A DNA stretch of 64,000 nt from Rhynchopus sp. YZ270_cl-10 (Eukaryota): the NCBI GenBank assembly GCA_964035575.1, contig OZ037836.1:868001-932000 (forward strand). The letters run 5' to 3'. The notes under the pieces are model-generated. The model made no database searches. It had not been told where the DNA came from and was given only the letters and a program-made list of their open reading frames with translations. Made by a program: the position numbers and the translations under genes. Numbering within the stretch: position 1 is the stretch's first letter; each line of letters starts with the position of its first letter. Shown here piece by piece: positions 10,671-22,920 of this stretch.

Positions 10671-11538
10671 ACGTTTTTTTTTTTCTACCCCCAAAACGTC
10701 CAGAAAAGGATGTCAAAAGGGGAAAAAACCCTTAGCCTGAAGTACAGAAATGAGGTGAGTGCACAATAATAGGGGAAAGGAATAAACTACAAGTCTCAGA
10801 TGTTTTAATCATTTCCCACCACAAAGTATTTGTCCTAATAAAAAATAAATCTAGAATTTTGCTGTTTTTCCAGAGAACAAGGGACACCCTGGATGGTAAG
10901 AATTCTCGTCTTTACGAAAATGGGTAGAACACGACAAACTTGGCGGCATTGGGCATAGGTGTCACGAAAAGGTACATATTCGGGATGTGGGTGAAAAAAC
11001 GTCATTCTTGGTGAAGGAAGCACCCCAGCCTCACAGCACCGAAAGTAATATATCAGATTCAGAAAAAATTCCGATTTTTGCTTCCTTCGAAAGAGCGGTC
11101 CTGCGGCCTAAAACAGTAGATGTAAAAAGGAAACTAAATGACTTCCCCGAACATGGTTGCTTCTCTCTGAGAGCAACAGTTCCGGGAGACTTGGAAAAGA
11201 GTCCCGTCGCCATCATGAGCACCACGCTCAACCCCTGTGTAAATGTGTCTGGTGTGGGCCAAACAGGAAAAAAAGCCACAAAATTGACCCTGCGTGTACC
11301 TGATAGCACTAAAATAGACCACACCAGTGTTGCGTTGCCCGTGACGTAGCATGGACGTGGGTGGTACACAACCGCTCGTCAGACGGCGGCCCATCTTCCG
11401 CTGAAGAGTTGTGAAGCTTACATGTACCGCAGTTCGCTGCACCCAACGCTTGATGCACGATATTCGCCTCTTGGTCTGACCCAAGGAACAGATGAACAAC
11501 AAAGTACACCATCAGTACCCTCCGCACATCCTAATCAC

Positions 11539-13380
11539 TCAAGCAATTCCGTCCTTTGAAAACCCCCTCCCACCCGCAGCGCGCAAAAGATAAGAATCTG
11601 TCAACGTCTCGCACTCACCCGAAAGGGATGCAAATCGACACACTGTGCCCTCCCGCAACGGCCGTGCCAAGGCCACACTCAGAAGCCCGCCCTTGACTGT
11701 CGAGGGATGCACGTTCAACGGGCTCCGTTCACAAGGGCAACCCTGTGCAGCCTCTTCAACCGCTGCTGCAGACACATCGCCTTTCAGGTACTTCCGCACT
11801 GTGGTGTTGTACTGATCCCATTCGCAGTTCTGTTCAATAGCGTACATCCACTCTTCGTCTGGGTTGTCTGCATCCGCAGGTGTGCGCGCAGGCAGAAGCT
11901 CGGCAACCACTTCAGGTGTGTCAGATGTTGCAGACACTTCCACCTTGCACGGAATCAGGCGCATCTCGTGTTCGCACTCAGCTTCGCTGAAGCACATGCG
12001 GTTGCAGAGCACGTCGCAGCCGAAGATACGTCCTGCACGTTCCATCCCATGCACGTTACGCACAAGTGTGCCCACCATGCTGAAGCGGCGCATCACCTCA
12101 CACCCCATGTCACCACGCAGCACCTTCCCAGTCGCCACACCGAGGTTCACCGAAAGCTTCAACCTCCTGAGCAGCATCGTTGCTGTGTGCAGTGCTGAGG
12201 TGGCGTGGTTTGCACACTGCTTCGACGCGTTGAACGAGCAGTGCACCCTGTCCCCGATGAACACGTCCACCATCCCACGGTGTGTCTCTGTTGCCTTCAA
12301 CGTCTTCAGAACAAGGGTTGTGAAGAAGGAGGAGAACTGCGCACTGTCCTGCTCCACCAGACGCAACGTGTCTTTGATGTTCACCGTCAGCAGAGTCGCC
12401 TTCACTGCGGAGAGACCCAAGGCAACGTGCCGCATACTGAGAGCAGGCAAGCTTCCACTTGTGCGACTCGAAGATGGTGTTTGTTCGATACCGACGTCTT
12501 CAGCGCACTCAACTTCGCTGTCTTCATCCACAAGCAGACACGTCTGTGGCAGGTACGCTTTGTACGACCGCAGGTTCTTCTCCAACGCACGCAGTGCCAC
12601 CGTCATCCCCTCAGGCAGCTCGTGTTCATGCTCCTCCAGCAGCTCCGCCACCTTCTCCACGTCGTAGCCAGCCAGGAGCGAGGCAATCTCCTGCACAGTG
12701 CTGATCGTCCGCTCCATTGATGCCTGCTCCTTCAGCACCTCACGCGAGAAACCACGTGTCATGATGAAGTCAATCACAAAGACAGACAGCGCAAGTAATA
12801 GTGTAGTTGATGGGAACGCAACAGGACAGGGCGGCGTCTCACAAACAAACTTCTCCTTCAAGTAGTACAGCCGCCCGTACTCACCCTCCTGCTCTGCCAA
12901 CCCTGGCATGTCGAGCAGACCAAACCTGAAGCTCTCCTCAACACCAAGCAGCACCAGCCATATGACAATAAAACAGACAAGACCCAGACTGTACCGTGTG
13001 GGCACCTGCATCACAAGCAGCATGTCGATGATGAGCACAAGAAGCGGCCACCGTTCCGTCGAGACAGCTCGTCCGTTTAAATCCCACATCAGCATCCCAG
13101 ATGTGATCACGTACAGCGTGCCCACAACCACCCTTGTCGTCAAGGCAACTCTGCACAACACTGCACAGAGTACACCGCTGAACCCAAGCAGAACCAGCAG
13201 TGTGCCTACTGAGCCGACGGGGTGCTTTTCATGTACTTCGTACTTCGTCAACAACGCGGATATTACAGTGGCCAACCAACCCACACAGCCAAAGATGAAG
13301 TACTGTGTGCGCAGCTCCTTCTGTTTGGCGCTCAGTGTCCCGTCCAAGGAGAGCACGCCATTGAGACACTGCATCCCCAT
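11539..13380 (-). CDS. multi-TM class III nucleotidyl cyclase-like protein, copy 2
   Basis: 613-aa ORF. Cytoplasmic half is identical in protein to copy 1. Confidence 0.85.
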   Translation of the reverse strand: MGMQCLNGVLSLDGTLSAKQKELRTQYFIFGCVGWLATVISALLTKYEVHEKHPVGSVGTLLVLLGFSGVLCAVLCRVALTTRVVVGTLYVITSGMLMWDLNGRAVSTERWPLLVLIIDMLLVMQVPTRYSLGLVCFIVIWLVLLGVEESFRFGLLDMPGLAEQEGEYGRLYYLKEKFVCETPPCPVAFPSTTLLLALSVFVIDFIMTRGFSREVLKEQASMERTISTVQEIASLLAGYDVEKVAELLEEHEHELPEGMTVALRALEKNLRSYKAYLPQTCLLVDEDSEVECAEDVGIEQTPSSSRTSGSLPALSMRHVALGLSAVKATLLTVNIKDTLRLVEQDSAQFSSFFTTLVLKTLKATETHRGMVDVFIGDRVHCSFNASKQCANHATSALHTATMLLRRLKLSVNLGVATGKVLRGDMGCEVMRRFSMVGTLVRNVHGMERAGRIFGCDVLCNRMCFSEAECEHEMRLIPCKVEVSATSDTPEVVAELLPARTPADADNPDEEWMYAIEQNCEWDQYNTTVRKYLKGDVSAAAVEEAAQGCPCERSPLNVHPSTVKGGLLSVALARPLREGTVCRFASLSGECETLTDSYLLRAAGGRGFSKDGIA

Positions 13381-14501
13381 CTTCCCCCTGATCCTCCCCC
13401 TCCCCTCCCCTGTCCTGTGGTCTTGTGGAGGTGGATGAGAAGGGACATATGTGGATGAGAACCAACCCTCTCACAGTTCCATTTAGCATTGTCCCTTAGT
13501 AGTGGTGGTCACCAGAATTGGTATCAATAAAGAACTTGTCAATTTTTCTGAAATGATCCCACTACTGTGAGGGTAGAGCTCGGGCAAAAAAACCACCCTC
13601 AAAAGAGTTTTATAGTCCCCTTTGTAAACCACATTGTTCTGTTCTTCCTTTTTGCTTTCAACCTTTTTTATTCATTTACTTTTTTGTTGTTTGGGAGACA
13701 CGCCCTACGTGTCGGTTCTGTGGAAAGACCAGCACGGAACCACCTGCGTGCTCCCTTTTCATGTCGATCCATGAAAACTGTATCACAAGTGATACCGGGA
13801 AAAAAAAGTTTGTAAATTGCGGAAGACGCAAAACAAACTCGCGAACGAAAAAAGGGTTTTTTCTGCGAAGTGGTGGTAATGGGGAGAATAAAACATTACG
13901 AAAAAACCTCCACTCTCATTTCGCAAGCTTCATTTCCGTTTTGGTTTTCTCCTCACAGGAAAAAACGAGAACATAAATTTAGCTGTCTTTCCCGACAACA
14001 AGGGACAACTGTGGGAGGAAGAAATTCTTGTGTTTGCGAAAATGGGTAGAACCCGTCTAAGCGCTTGGCGGCATTAGGACAATTTAGGTGTCACAAAAAG
14101 GTACATATTCGGGATGTGGGTGAAAAAACGTCATTGTTGGTGAAACTAGCACCCCAGCCTCACAGCACCGAAAGTAATATCACATGCATAAAAGTTTTCA
14201 ATTATATTGCTTCTTTCGAAAGATCGGTCCTGCGGCCTACAACAGTAGATGTAAAACGAATACTTAATGACTTCCCCGAACATGGTTGGTTCTCTCTGAG
14301 AGCAACAGTTCCGGGAGACTTGGAAAAGACTCCCGTCGCCATCATGGGCACCATGCTCAACCCCTGTGTAAATGTGTCTAGTGTGTCCAAAGCGGGAAAA
14401 AAGCCACAAATGGACCCTACGTGTACCTGATATAACTAAAATGGACCACACCAGCGTTGTGTTGCCTGTAACGTAGCATACCCACCGCACATCCTGATCA
14501 C

Positions 14502-16340
14502 TCAAGCAATTCCGTCCTTTGAAAACCCCCTCCCACCCGCAGCGCACAAAAGATAAGAATCTGTCAACGTCTCGCACTCACCCGAAAGGGATGCAAATCG
14601 ACACACTGTGCCCTCCCGCAACGGCCGTGCCAAGGCCACACTCAGAAGCCCGCCCTTGACTGTCGAGGGATGCACGTTCAACGGGCTCCGTTCACAAGGG
14701 CAACCCTGTGCAGCCTCTTCAACCGCTGCTGCAGACACATCGCCTTTCAGGTACTTCCGCACTGTGGTGTTGTACTGATCCCATTCGCAGTTCTGTTCAA
14801 TAGCGTACATCCACTCTTCGTCTGGGTTGTCTGCATCCGCAGGTGTGCGCGCAGGCAGAAGCTCGGCAACCACTTCAGGTGTGTCAGAGGTTGCAGACAC
14901 TTCCACCTTGCACGGAATCAGGCGCATCTCGTGTTCGCACTCAGCTTCGCTGAAGCACATACGGTTGCAGAGCACGTCGCAGCCGAAGATACGTCCTGCA
15001 CGTTCCATCCCATGCACGTTACGCACAAGTGTGCCCACCATGCTGAAGCGGCGCATCACCTCACACCCCATGTCACCACGCAGCACCTTCCCAGTCGCCA
15101 CACCGAGGTTCACCGAAAGCTTCAACCTCCTGAGCAGCATCGTTGCTGTGTGCAGTGCTGAGGTGGCGTGGTTTGCACACTGCTTCGACGCGTTGAACGA
15201 GCAGTGCACCCTGTCCCCGATGAACACGTCCACCATCCCACGGTGTGTCTCTGTTGCCTTCAACGTCTTCAGAACAAGGGTTGTGAAGAAGGAGGAGAAC
15301 TGCGCACTGTCCTGCTCCACCAGACGCAACGTGTCTTTGATGTTCACCGTCAGCAGAGTCGCCTTCACTGCGGAGAGACCCAAGGCAACGTGCCGCATAC
15401 TGAGAGCAGGCAAGCTTCCACTTGTGCGACTCGAAGATGGTGTTTGTTCGATACCGACGTCTTCAGCGCACTCAACTTCGCTGTCTTCATCCACAAGCAG
15501 ACACGTCTGTGGCAGGTACGCTTTGTATGACCGCAGGTTCTTCTCCAACGCACGCAGTGCCACCGTCATCCCCTCAGGCAGCTCGTGTTCATGCTCCTCC
15601 AGCAGCTCCGCCACCTTCTCCACGTCGTAGCCAGCCAGGAGCGAGGCAATCTCCTGCACAGTGCTGATCGTCCGCTCCATTGATGCCTGCTCCTTCAGCA
15701 CCTCACGCGAGAAACCACGTGTCATGATGAAGTCAATCACAAAGACAGACAGCGCAGTGAATAGAGCACCTGACGGGAATGAGACAGGACAGGGCGGCGT
15801 CTCGCAGACAAACATGTCCTTCAAGTAGTACAGCCGCCCGTACTCACCCTCTTGCTCCACTAACCCTGGTATGTCGAGCAGACCAAACCTGAAGCTCTCC
15901 TCAACACCAAGCAGCACCAGCCATATGACAATAAAACAGACAAGACCCAGACTGTACCGTGTGGGCACCTGCATCACAAGCAGCATGTCGATGATGAGCA
16001 CCAGAAGCGGCCAGGAATCCATTGAGATAGCTCTTGAGTTCAAATCCCACATCAGTAGTCCACATGTGATCACGTACAGCGTGCCCACAACTACCCTTGT
16101 CGTCAAAGCAACTCTGCACAACACTGCACAGATTACACCGCTGCACCCAAGCAGGACCAGCAGTGAGCCAACTGAGGGGACAAAATATTTCCCCTGTTCT
16201 TTGTACTTCGCCAACGCGGACATTACAGTGGCCAACCAACCCGCACAGCCAAAGATGAAGTACTGTGTGCGCAGCTCCTTCTGTTTGGTGCTCAGTGTCC
16301 CGTCCAAGGAGAGCACGCCATTGAGACACTGCATCCCCAT
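14502..16340 (-). CDS. multi-TM class III nucleotidyl cyclase-like protein, copy 3
   Basis: 612 aa from the shared MGMQ start. Differs from copies 1 and 2 mainly in inter-TM loops. Confidence 0.85.
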   Translation of the reverse strand: MGMQCLNGVLSLDGTLSTKQKELRTQYFIFGCAGWLATVMSALAKYKEQGKYFVPSVGSLLVLLGCSGVICAVLCRVALTTRVVVGTLYVITCGLLMWDLNSRAISMDSWPLLVLIIDMLLVMQVPTRYSLGLVCFIVIWLVLLGVEESFRFGLLDIPGLVEQEGEYGRLYYLKDMFVCETPPCPVSFPSGALFTALSVFVIDFIMTRGFSREVLKEQASMERTISTVQEIASLLAGYDVEKVAELLEEHEHELPEGMTVALRALEKNLRSYKAYLPQTCLLVDEDSEVECAEDVGIEQTPSSSRTSGSLPALSMRHVALGLSAVKATLLTVNIKDTLRLVEQDSAQFSSFFTTLVLKTLKATETHRGMVDVFIGDRVHCSFNASKQCANHATSALHTATMLLRRLKLSVNLGVATGKVLRGDMGCEVMRRFSMVGTLVRNVHGMERAGRIFGCDVLCNRMCFSEAECEHEMRLIPCKVEVSATSDTPEVVAELLPARTPADADNPDEEWMYAIEQNCEWDQYNTTVRKYLKGDVSAAAVEEAAQGCPCERSPLNVHPSTVKGGLLSVALARPLREGTVCRFASLSGECETLTDSYLLCAAGGRGFSKDGIA

Positions 16341-16622
16341 CTTCCCCCTGATCCTCCCCTTCCCCTCCCCCGTCCTGTGGTCTTGTGGAGGTGGATGAGA
16401 AGGGACATATGTGGATGAGAACCAACCACGTATGCTGGTTGGCAAGAGACAGCACATACGATGCAACAGGGGACACGCACTGTGGTGAATAAAAGGGGTC
16501 GTTCCGCCATGCGAACTACAATGACCCCCACACGACTGGAAACACACATTGCTGCTGCAGTAAATGGGAAGGGATCACGCACAGCAACACACTCCTTACG
16601 GTGGGTCGAGGGGGTTTGTTTA

Positions 16623-17127
16623 CTGGGGGGGGCCGAATAGTGGACCCCCCCTGAATAGTAGACCCCCCTTGAATAGTAGACCCCCCCTGGGAATTCTGGG
16701 TTTTTTTAAATTTTTTTTCCTTTGAATAGTGGACCCCCCCTGAGAAATTCCGGGGAAATTTTTTTTTTCCGTTGAATAGTGGACCCCCCCCCCAGGTTTT
16801 CGTTTTTTTTGACTTTTTGCGGAAGTCACGGAAAAATTTTAGAGGGGATCAACTACAAATTTCAAATTGATTTTTCTTTCTTTGGATAGATTTTGTGACA
16901 AATCTTTCCAAAGAAGCAAAAATCAGTATATTTTGACACACCCTATCAGCCTCATCGACAGGAGGGGTTTAGTAGAAATACAGGAAAAAAATTTTGGGGG
17001 GGTCTACTATTTAGGGGGGGTCTACTATTCAACTTGGGAAAAAATTTTTTTTTTTCTGAGACCCCCGATTTATACCCGTCGGTTCGCCTAATAGTGGACC
17101 CGGGGTCTACTATTCGGCCCCCCCCAG
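16623..17127. mobile_element. Tc1/mariner-type MITE with TA TSD
   Basis: TA|CTGGGGGGGGCCGAATAGT...ACTATTCGGCCCCCCCCAG|TA, with multiple internal GAATAGTRGACCCCC repeats in both orientations. Confidence 0.88.
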
Positions 17128-17509
17128 TAAAGGAAAAGGGAGAGACATTTATTATGTTATGCAAAAAGGAAACAAAAAACAATACTGGCCCTACATATTA
17201 CTGACAGCAACACAAACAAACATCGGGTGGGGGCAAAAGCCCTTTCGAAATTTTTTTTTTTTAAATCTCAAAATCAATATTTTTTACCCCCTCCCCCTCC
17301 GCTGATTTTTTTTTTAGCCCCACCATTTCTACCCCCCTCCCCGATGGTTGTTGTTACTGTAACTTTGCCTTGTAAAAGGACTTGTCCAGAACTTATAGTT
17401 AAATGTCTCTATACCGTTAGCAGTGCGTCACGCTGGAGGCGTCCTCCCTCCCCTCCCTGACCCTCCCTGAGATCCCCCTCACCTACCACCTACCCCTCCA
17501 CTCCCTGCC

Positions 17510-18196
17510 CTATTGCACGATCAGACATGGTGCTGTCGGAAGACTCAAAATGTGCGGGAGCGTTTCGTCCGTCGCGACCACGATGCTTTCGTCGACGTAC
17601 CAGAACACCTCCGCTATCGGGAGGGGCGCAAAGCGGGCGTGGAGGGCCGCTGCGAGCTCACTTCGAGTACAGCTCTGTGGGAGACTTATCACCTTCGTCG
17701 CCCCTGTACAGGTCATATGAACGCGAGCGGGGACGGTTGCACCACTGCCCCCACCCCCACTCCCGCTACCCCTCCTCTCCAACCCTCTCGACCGCTGCAA
17801 CGAGGTGGCACTGCGTCTCCGGACCTCCTCTTCCTCTGCATGCGCGGTTGGCGACGGGCCACGTGCCATGACTGCCATGATCTCTGCATCCATGTCGTCG
17901 TCGTCCCCCTCGAGCAGCGAGGTGTCCTCCTGAGGTGCTGGTGCACAGGGTGGCTTGCGTGCTCTGCCTCGTTTGGGTTTGTTATTACTCTTAGAACGGC
18001 GTCTGGTAGTGTTGCATGGTGCAGGCTCGTTGGTGGTGCTGCTGCACGGTGCCATCTGCATGCGGAGATCACAGCAGGAAGAAGGCGGGCGGCTGTGTTC
18101 AGAGGCATGCGACCGAGCTGTGGGAGTCACATTGCTCCCCTCAGCGTCACTCGAGACGCCTTCGTCATCATCATAAATGGGAGGTCGTCCCCACAT
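17510..18196 (-). CDS. hypothetical protein, disordered N-terminus, C-terminal PB1/beta-grasp-like domain
   Basis: 228-aa ATG ORF. C-terminus RVHMTCTGATKVISLP..TRSELAAALHARF..FWYVDE..VVATDE resembles a PB1 pattern. Confidence 0.6.
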   Translation of the reverse strand: MWGRPPIYDDDEGVSSDAEGSNVTPTARSHASEHSRPPSSCCDLRMQMAPCSSTTNEPAPCNTTRRRSKSNNKPKRGRARKPPCAPAPQEDTSLLEGDDDDMDAEIMAVMARGPSPTAHAEEEEVRRRSATSLQRSRGLERRGSGSGGGGSGATVPARVHMTCTGATKVISLPQSCTRSELAAALHARFAPLPIAEVFWYVDESIVVATDETLPHILSLPTAPCLIVQ

Positions 18197-19380
18197 TGTT
18201 GCAGATGTTAAAAAGAATAAAAAGAATAAAAAGAAAACAGAAAAAACTTGATTGGATTAGAGTGTAGACACCAAGGATGAGCACCACTAAAAGGCCTTAC
18301 GAATTTACCTCGCCGGTCTTGATTAAGGAGAAGGAGGAGGAGGAGGAGGAGGAGCAGTGGGGGGGGAGAGGAAGGTCTTGCTAAATTCTGTAAGGAAATG
18401 AAGTTTTGTTTTTTAAAAAACTTGGTTGTAGTAGTGTAGCCACCCTAGAGTGTGCTCCCCTATATATGTTTTTGTGAATTCGGATTATTTCACAGAAATT
18501 ATGGTGTTTGTGAAGAATAAAAAAAAAAGTACAGTATAGATCTTCTGCAGAGGACACTACGCAAGCTGTGAACATCGTACATTGCATTTGAACGCACTGC
18601 GACCACAGTGAAGATTACCTTAGAAGCGTGTACCCTGGAGAAGAAGATGTGGTCCTATGCACGCATACAGCCTTGTGGTGAGTAGGTTCGAAGAAGCCCC
18701 CCGCAAAAGGTGAAGCAGATTCTTGGTGGCGAGCTGGTTTAGACCAGTGGGGGGTGGCGGTCACCCGGGTGGCCGTGCGACGTCGATCCTGCAACCAGAC
18801 TGCAGGTAAACATAGTGTTACGTACGTCGCATATTCGAGTACATTGTACCATCCACCCGTGCCTCCAGCACAGTCTCAACACAAACTCGCAAGAGTTCTC
18901 TCTACATCCCAAGCACCCCAAGCACAGCAAAGCGCGTCCTCCCCCCTGAGTAACCCAAGTCACACCATGAAGTGAAGGCATACGATCAGTGCATCAGAGC
19001 ACACAACGGAAGCCACTCGCCTCCGTCATCACACCTCACACCTCTTCGTGCAAACTACCCAGAAGACAGTGAAAGACTACGTGGTGTCGGGTTCAGAGTT
19101 ATGACTGACAGAAAAAAAAGGGGGGTTGGGAAGGGAGGTACGTTGTAATGAATAAGACATGGTTTTTTTGTGGGGATTCTTTTGCAGCAAAGAGTAACAT
19201 AACACAATGTGTGGAACGTCTTGCTCAGCACAGCTCTTCTCTCGCACCAAGTAGTAGTCTGTGTCACGGTGAGCAAGACTGTGCCCCTCTTCTTCTCCGA
19301 ACCAGAGGACGCAAGCAGACATACTGTCAGAGACCCTCCACCTCGGGGAGGTGCTGCCCTGCCACCAACACACCACGTCG

Positions 19381-20298
19381 TCATTGTGCGTGTCTCCGTC
19401 GCTTCTGGCTTTGCTCGGGGGATTCGTCTCTGCTTCGTTTCGGACGTGTTTCAACCACAAGCTTACTCAGCTTCTTGTCCTTCCTCACTTCCTTGGACAC
19501 AACACTGCTGCAGCCGGAAAGGTAAATGCTCGTCAACGAAGTGCATCCCTCAGCAAATTGCGCAGCATTCGCCCAATTACACAAATCAATTGACGTCACA
19601 TTGCTGAGTGGTGATAAATATAGGGTTGTTAAGCTGCTGCAGTTCGCAAGGAACCACGTACCAACCTGCATCACATTGACGAGTGGAGATAAATCGATGG
19701 TCGTCAAGCTCGTGCAGCCGTTAAGAAAGCAGGTCTCGATCTGCGTCACATTGCTGAGTGGTGACAAATTCAGGATCGTTAAGCTGCTGCACTCCTCAAG
19801 GAAATATGCACCCACCTGCGTCAAATTGCTCAACCCAGAGAGGTCGATACTTGTCAACGAGGTGCAGTTGATCAGGAAGCTGTGTCCAATGCGAGTCACA
19901 ATGGACTCAGCACTGAGATCAAGTCTCGTCAACGAAGTGCATGCCAAGAAGCTATTCGGAATGACAGTCGCAACCTCCGCCTGCAGAAGCAAACACGCCA
20001 CCTCAGGATCCCTCACACTCTTCAACTTCTCGGCTGTGATGTCGGTCACACCCAACGCATGAAGCTCTGCAATGGCTTCTTGTTTCTGCGTTTTCGTGAG
20101 GATGATTGTGTCACCAGCACTCAGCTGCGTCATGTCCGATCCTGCTCCCATCGCTTCGTCTCCGAAACTCATGCAAAAGCCGTCTTCAGGCAACCCCATT
20201 GCAGACGCCACCTTCCGCCGCAAGCCCTCCACTGTGTCATCTTCACCCACCTCGACTGTGTGCTGATTCGTGTCGAAACCCTTGATGTTCAGGTCCAT
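19381..20298 (-). CDS. UBL-LRR-NLS family protein, copy 1 (305 aa, 4 internal LRRs)
   Basis: MDLNIKGFDTNQHTVEVGEDDTVEGLRRKV..LSAGDTIIL ubiquitin-like pattern, 25-aa LTxIDLSPLxNVTxIxxxFLxxCxx repeats, basic tail RPKRSR..KRRRH. Confidence 0.88.
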   Translation of the reverse strand: MDLNIKGFDTNQHTVEVGEDDTVEGLRRKVASAMGLPEDGFCMSFGDEAMGAGSDMTQLSAGDTIILTKTQKQEAIAELHALGVTDITAEKLKSVRDPEVACLLLQAEVATVIPNSFLACTSLTRLDLSAESIVTRIGHSFLINCTSLTSIDLSGLSNLTQVGAYFLEECSSLTILNLSPLSNVTQIETCFLNGCTSLTTIDLSPLVNVMQVGTWFLANCSSLTTLYLSPLSNVTSIDLCNWANAAQFAEGCTSLTSIYLSGCSSVVSKEVRKDKKLSKLVVETRPKRSRDESPEQSQKRRRHAQ

Positions 20299-22920
20299 GT
20301 CTTTGTTGTGGTTTTGTGTTCTGATCTCTGTGTGTGGTGGTGGGGTGTGGAGGACAACAAGCCTGCAGTCCTTTTCAAGAACCTTGCCAAAAGCTGTTTG
20401 GAGAAGGGCCCTCTCTCTCCCCGACCCACAACCCACAACCCCCGACTTCAGATCTCTCACCTCTCCACCCCCTCTCCCTGAACCAGCGCCCTTCACAGAC
20501 GTTCCCTCCTCACGAAAGCAAACCCACCTTGCAAGGACTGGACGACTTCAGCTCTCTACTGCGGGTGCCACTCTAGCGGTTTATTCTCTTGTCCTATTCT
20601 TCAGCATTCTAAGAATTTTGGTATTTGAAAACAAAAAGAAGGATGGGGAATTGGGACGCTTTCTTTTTAACAAACGATAGACTTCATGTGGGGTGAAGTG
20701 TTGCACCGCTTCGTCGAAGCAGTGCTGTATCGTATCCACAGAACACGGGGGCGGGAGGGGGGGGGAGGGTTTGAGAGTAAACAAAAATAAACTTCTTTTT
20801 ATTGACAACAGATGTGCACTCCGTATCCAAAAACAGAGGGGGGTTGGAGTCATAGGACGACAGTGCAGGGAATGACTTGACTTATGTTTCTTTTTTTTAC
20901 GACTTCACCGTGGTACGGCAAGTCAGGGTTGGGGTTTTGTTCGTTTCGGGGGCAAAAATATGTCAAAAGAAATTATGTAAGATGACCGACAAATCAATTT
21001 CCAAATTTTACTTTTTTCGTGGGTCACGACCCACCCACTAGGGTATCTTGACCTACGCACCCAGGGCAAGCTAGCCCTCTGCGGTGCCTCTGTTTGAACA
21101 CATCTTTTAAAAGCTAGAGTTTATACAGTGCGACACGACTCTGGGGTGGATGGTGTGCTATCTCGTGGTAAGCTGAGTCTGAGCTATTGTTAGGTTAGCC
21201 ACACTATATGTGCAAGAATGTACTGTATTCGTACAAAAAAAGATCGGGTCTTTTGTTTGTGCGCTCAAATCCGGGAAAACAAAAAGGTGAAAAAATGTGT
21301 TAAACTGAAGTACGGTTGTTGTGGTTAATTGCGTACTCAAAGGAAACAAGCAAGCTTCTGTTTTTTTTTCAATTCGTTTGGTTTGCCCTGCAGCGCTGCC
21401 TCCAATCTTTTTAGAATTGACAACAAGTTGTTTTATCAAAAAAAAAAAATTATCGACCATAAAAATGGTCGAACTAATTTGTGTGAATACGGTACCCCTC
21501 ATTAAGTTATCAAAACACACACACCGCGGTATGTGATATTACCCTCATAAGAATTGACCACAAAATGCTATCAACAAACGCAAGGTTTCTTCACAATGCG
21601 TATAAAAGTTATTTTATTTTCGTTCTTTTCTAAATGAAAAGAAGGCAAAGGGTTTGGCCGACGACCCCACAATAGCAAAAAATATTTTCTTTCCTTACTT
21701 CAAAGTTTTTTCTGTCAAGTGTTTTTGTCTGTTGGCAGAGAAGAAAACAGTTTACAATAAAAGACTCCTGCGTCGGTATTCTTTTTCACAGCAGAAAGTA
21801 GCACCACCTTTTAGCCTCACCAAAGGCTGCAAAAAGAAGTGTACCTTTTTTTGGTAAGTTTTGCAAAAACATAACAGAACAGATGTTTCATGCACAAATT
21901 GAAACTTCAAAGCTTCCCCTTCACAATGTGTATAACGTAAACACTTTTTTTTGGAAAAATAAGCCACGAACGCACCCACATTCATAGTGAGGTAATGTTG
22001 GGATCTTAGGAACTGCCCACACAACTGTTTTCAACACACAACACAGGTGGCTTCATTAGAAGCTCTGTGTGATGGGATGGGGTGGGATGGGGATAAAGGG
22101 ATATATGAGTGTGCAGTGATCCAGGACAACATCGCAGGCAGCTGGAGGAGGGGTGAAAATGCTCGGGAGGCTCGTTACTCTTTGCTTGTTGCTCAAAAGA
22201 CTATAAGCGGGGAGGGGAAGAGTAAAGGCCGTTTGTTGTCCGCTTCCACTCCAACCCTGCCATGAAAGGGACGCAGCGCGACGCATGAGGTGCGCACTAC
22301 GGACAGCAGCCTACTTTCCGCGGGGGTGAAGGCGGCGGCCTTCTGTCCCCAGGGGTGCAAAGTGTTTGTCCTAATAAAAAAAACCAGACAATTTTTTTTT
22401 TTGAGAAAAATTTTTTCCCGCCAACTGATCTGTGATAAAAAGGGAAAGAAGACTGGTGTGGCTGACGACCCCAGAATAGCAGAAAATAGCACAAAAAATA
22501 GCACCTCCGCAATTAGACTTAACATGGGTGGTGCTCCAGGAGGGGTCGAGATTGACAGGCCGCACAGGGACTCTATACACACACCCCCTGATATTGACAG
22601 GTCACCGACAGGTCGTTGACCGACTTCCGAAAGCACCAGTTAGAATTGTTGACATTAGACTTATTTCCGTTGAACGCAGCCCACAAGGTGAAACAAGATG
22701 TGTCGCAAAAGTAAAAATGATGTGAAAGGAAATGGAAAATTCGTAAACAAGTCAAATGTTGGCTTTCTCGTTTGGTTTCTAAACGCACCCTGTGTGAAAA
22801 AGCGAATAAAAACGAAAAAACAATGTTTTTTTTCTGAATGTGATGCTGTTGGGGTGGGCAGAATAATCCAAAAAGCTCCTGCATCGGTTTTCTTCAAAAA
22901 CAAACACCCACCCCCCCCTC

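Noticed and set aside
6997..16398. + strand ORFs overlapping the cyclase genes (similarly for the UBL-LRR and DUF4246 genes)
   Set aside because: They are antisense shadows of GC-rich CDSs and recur only because the genes are duplicated.
21106..21122. Spliced-leader-like 17-mer TTTAAAAGCTAGAGTTT
   Set aside because: It resembles part of the diplonemid leader as I remember it, but the similarity does not extend on either side and the segment is AT-rich.
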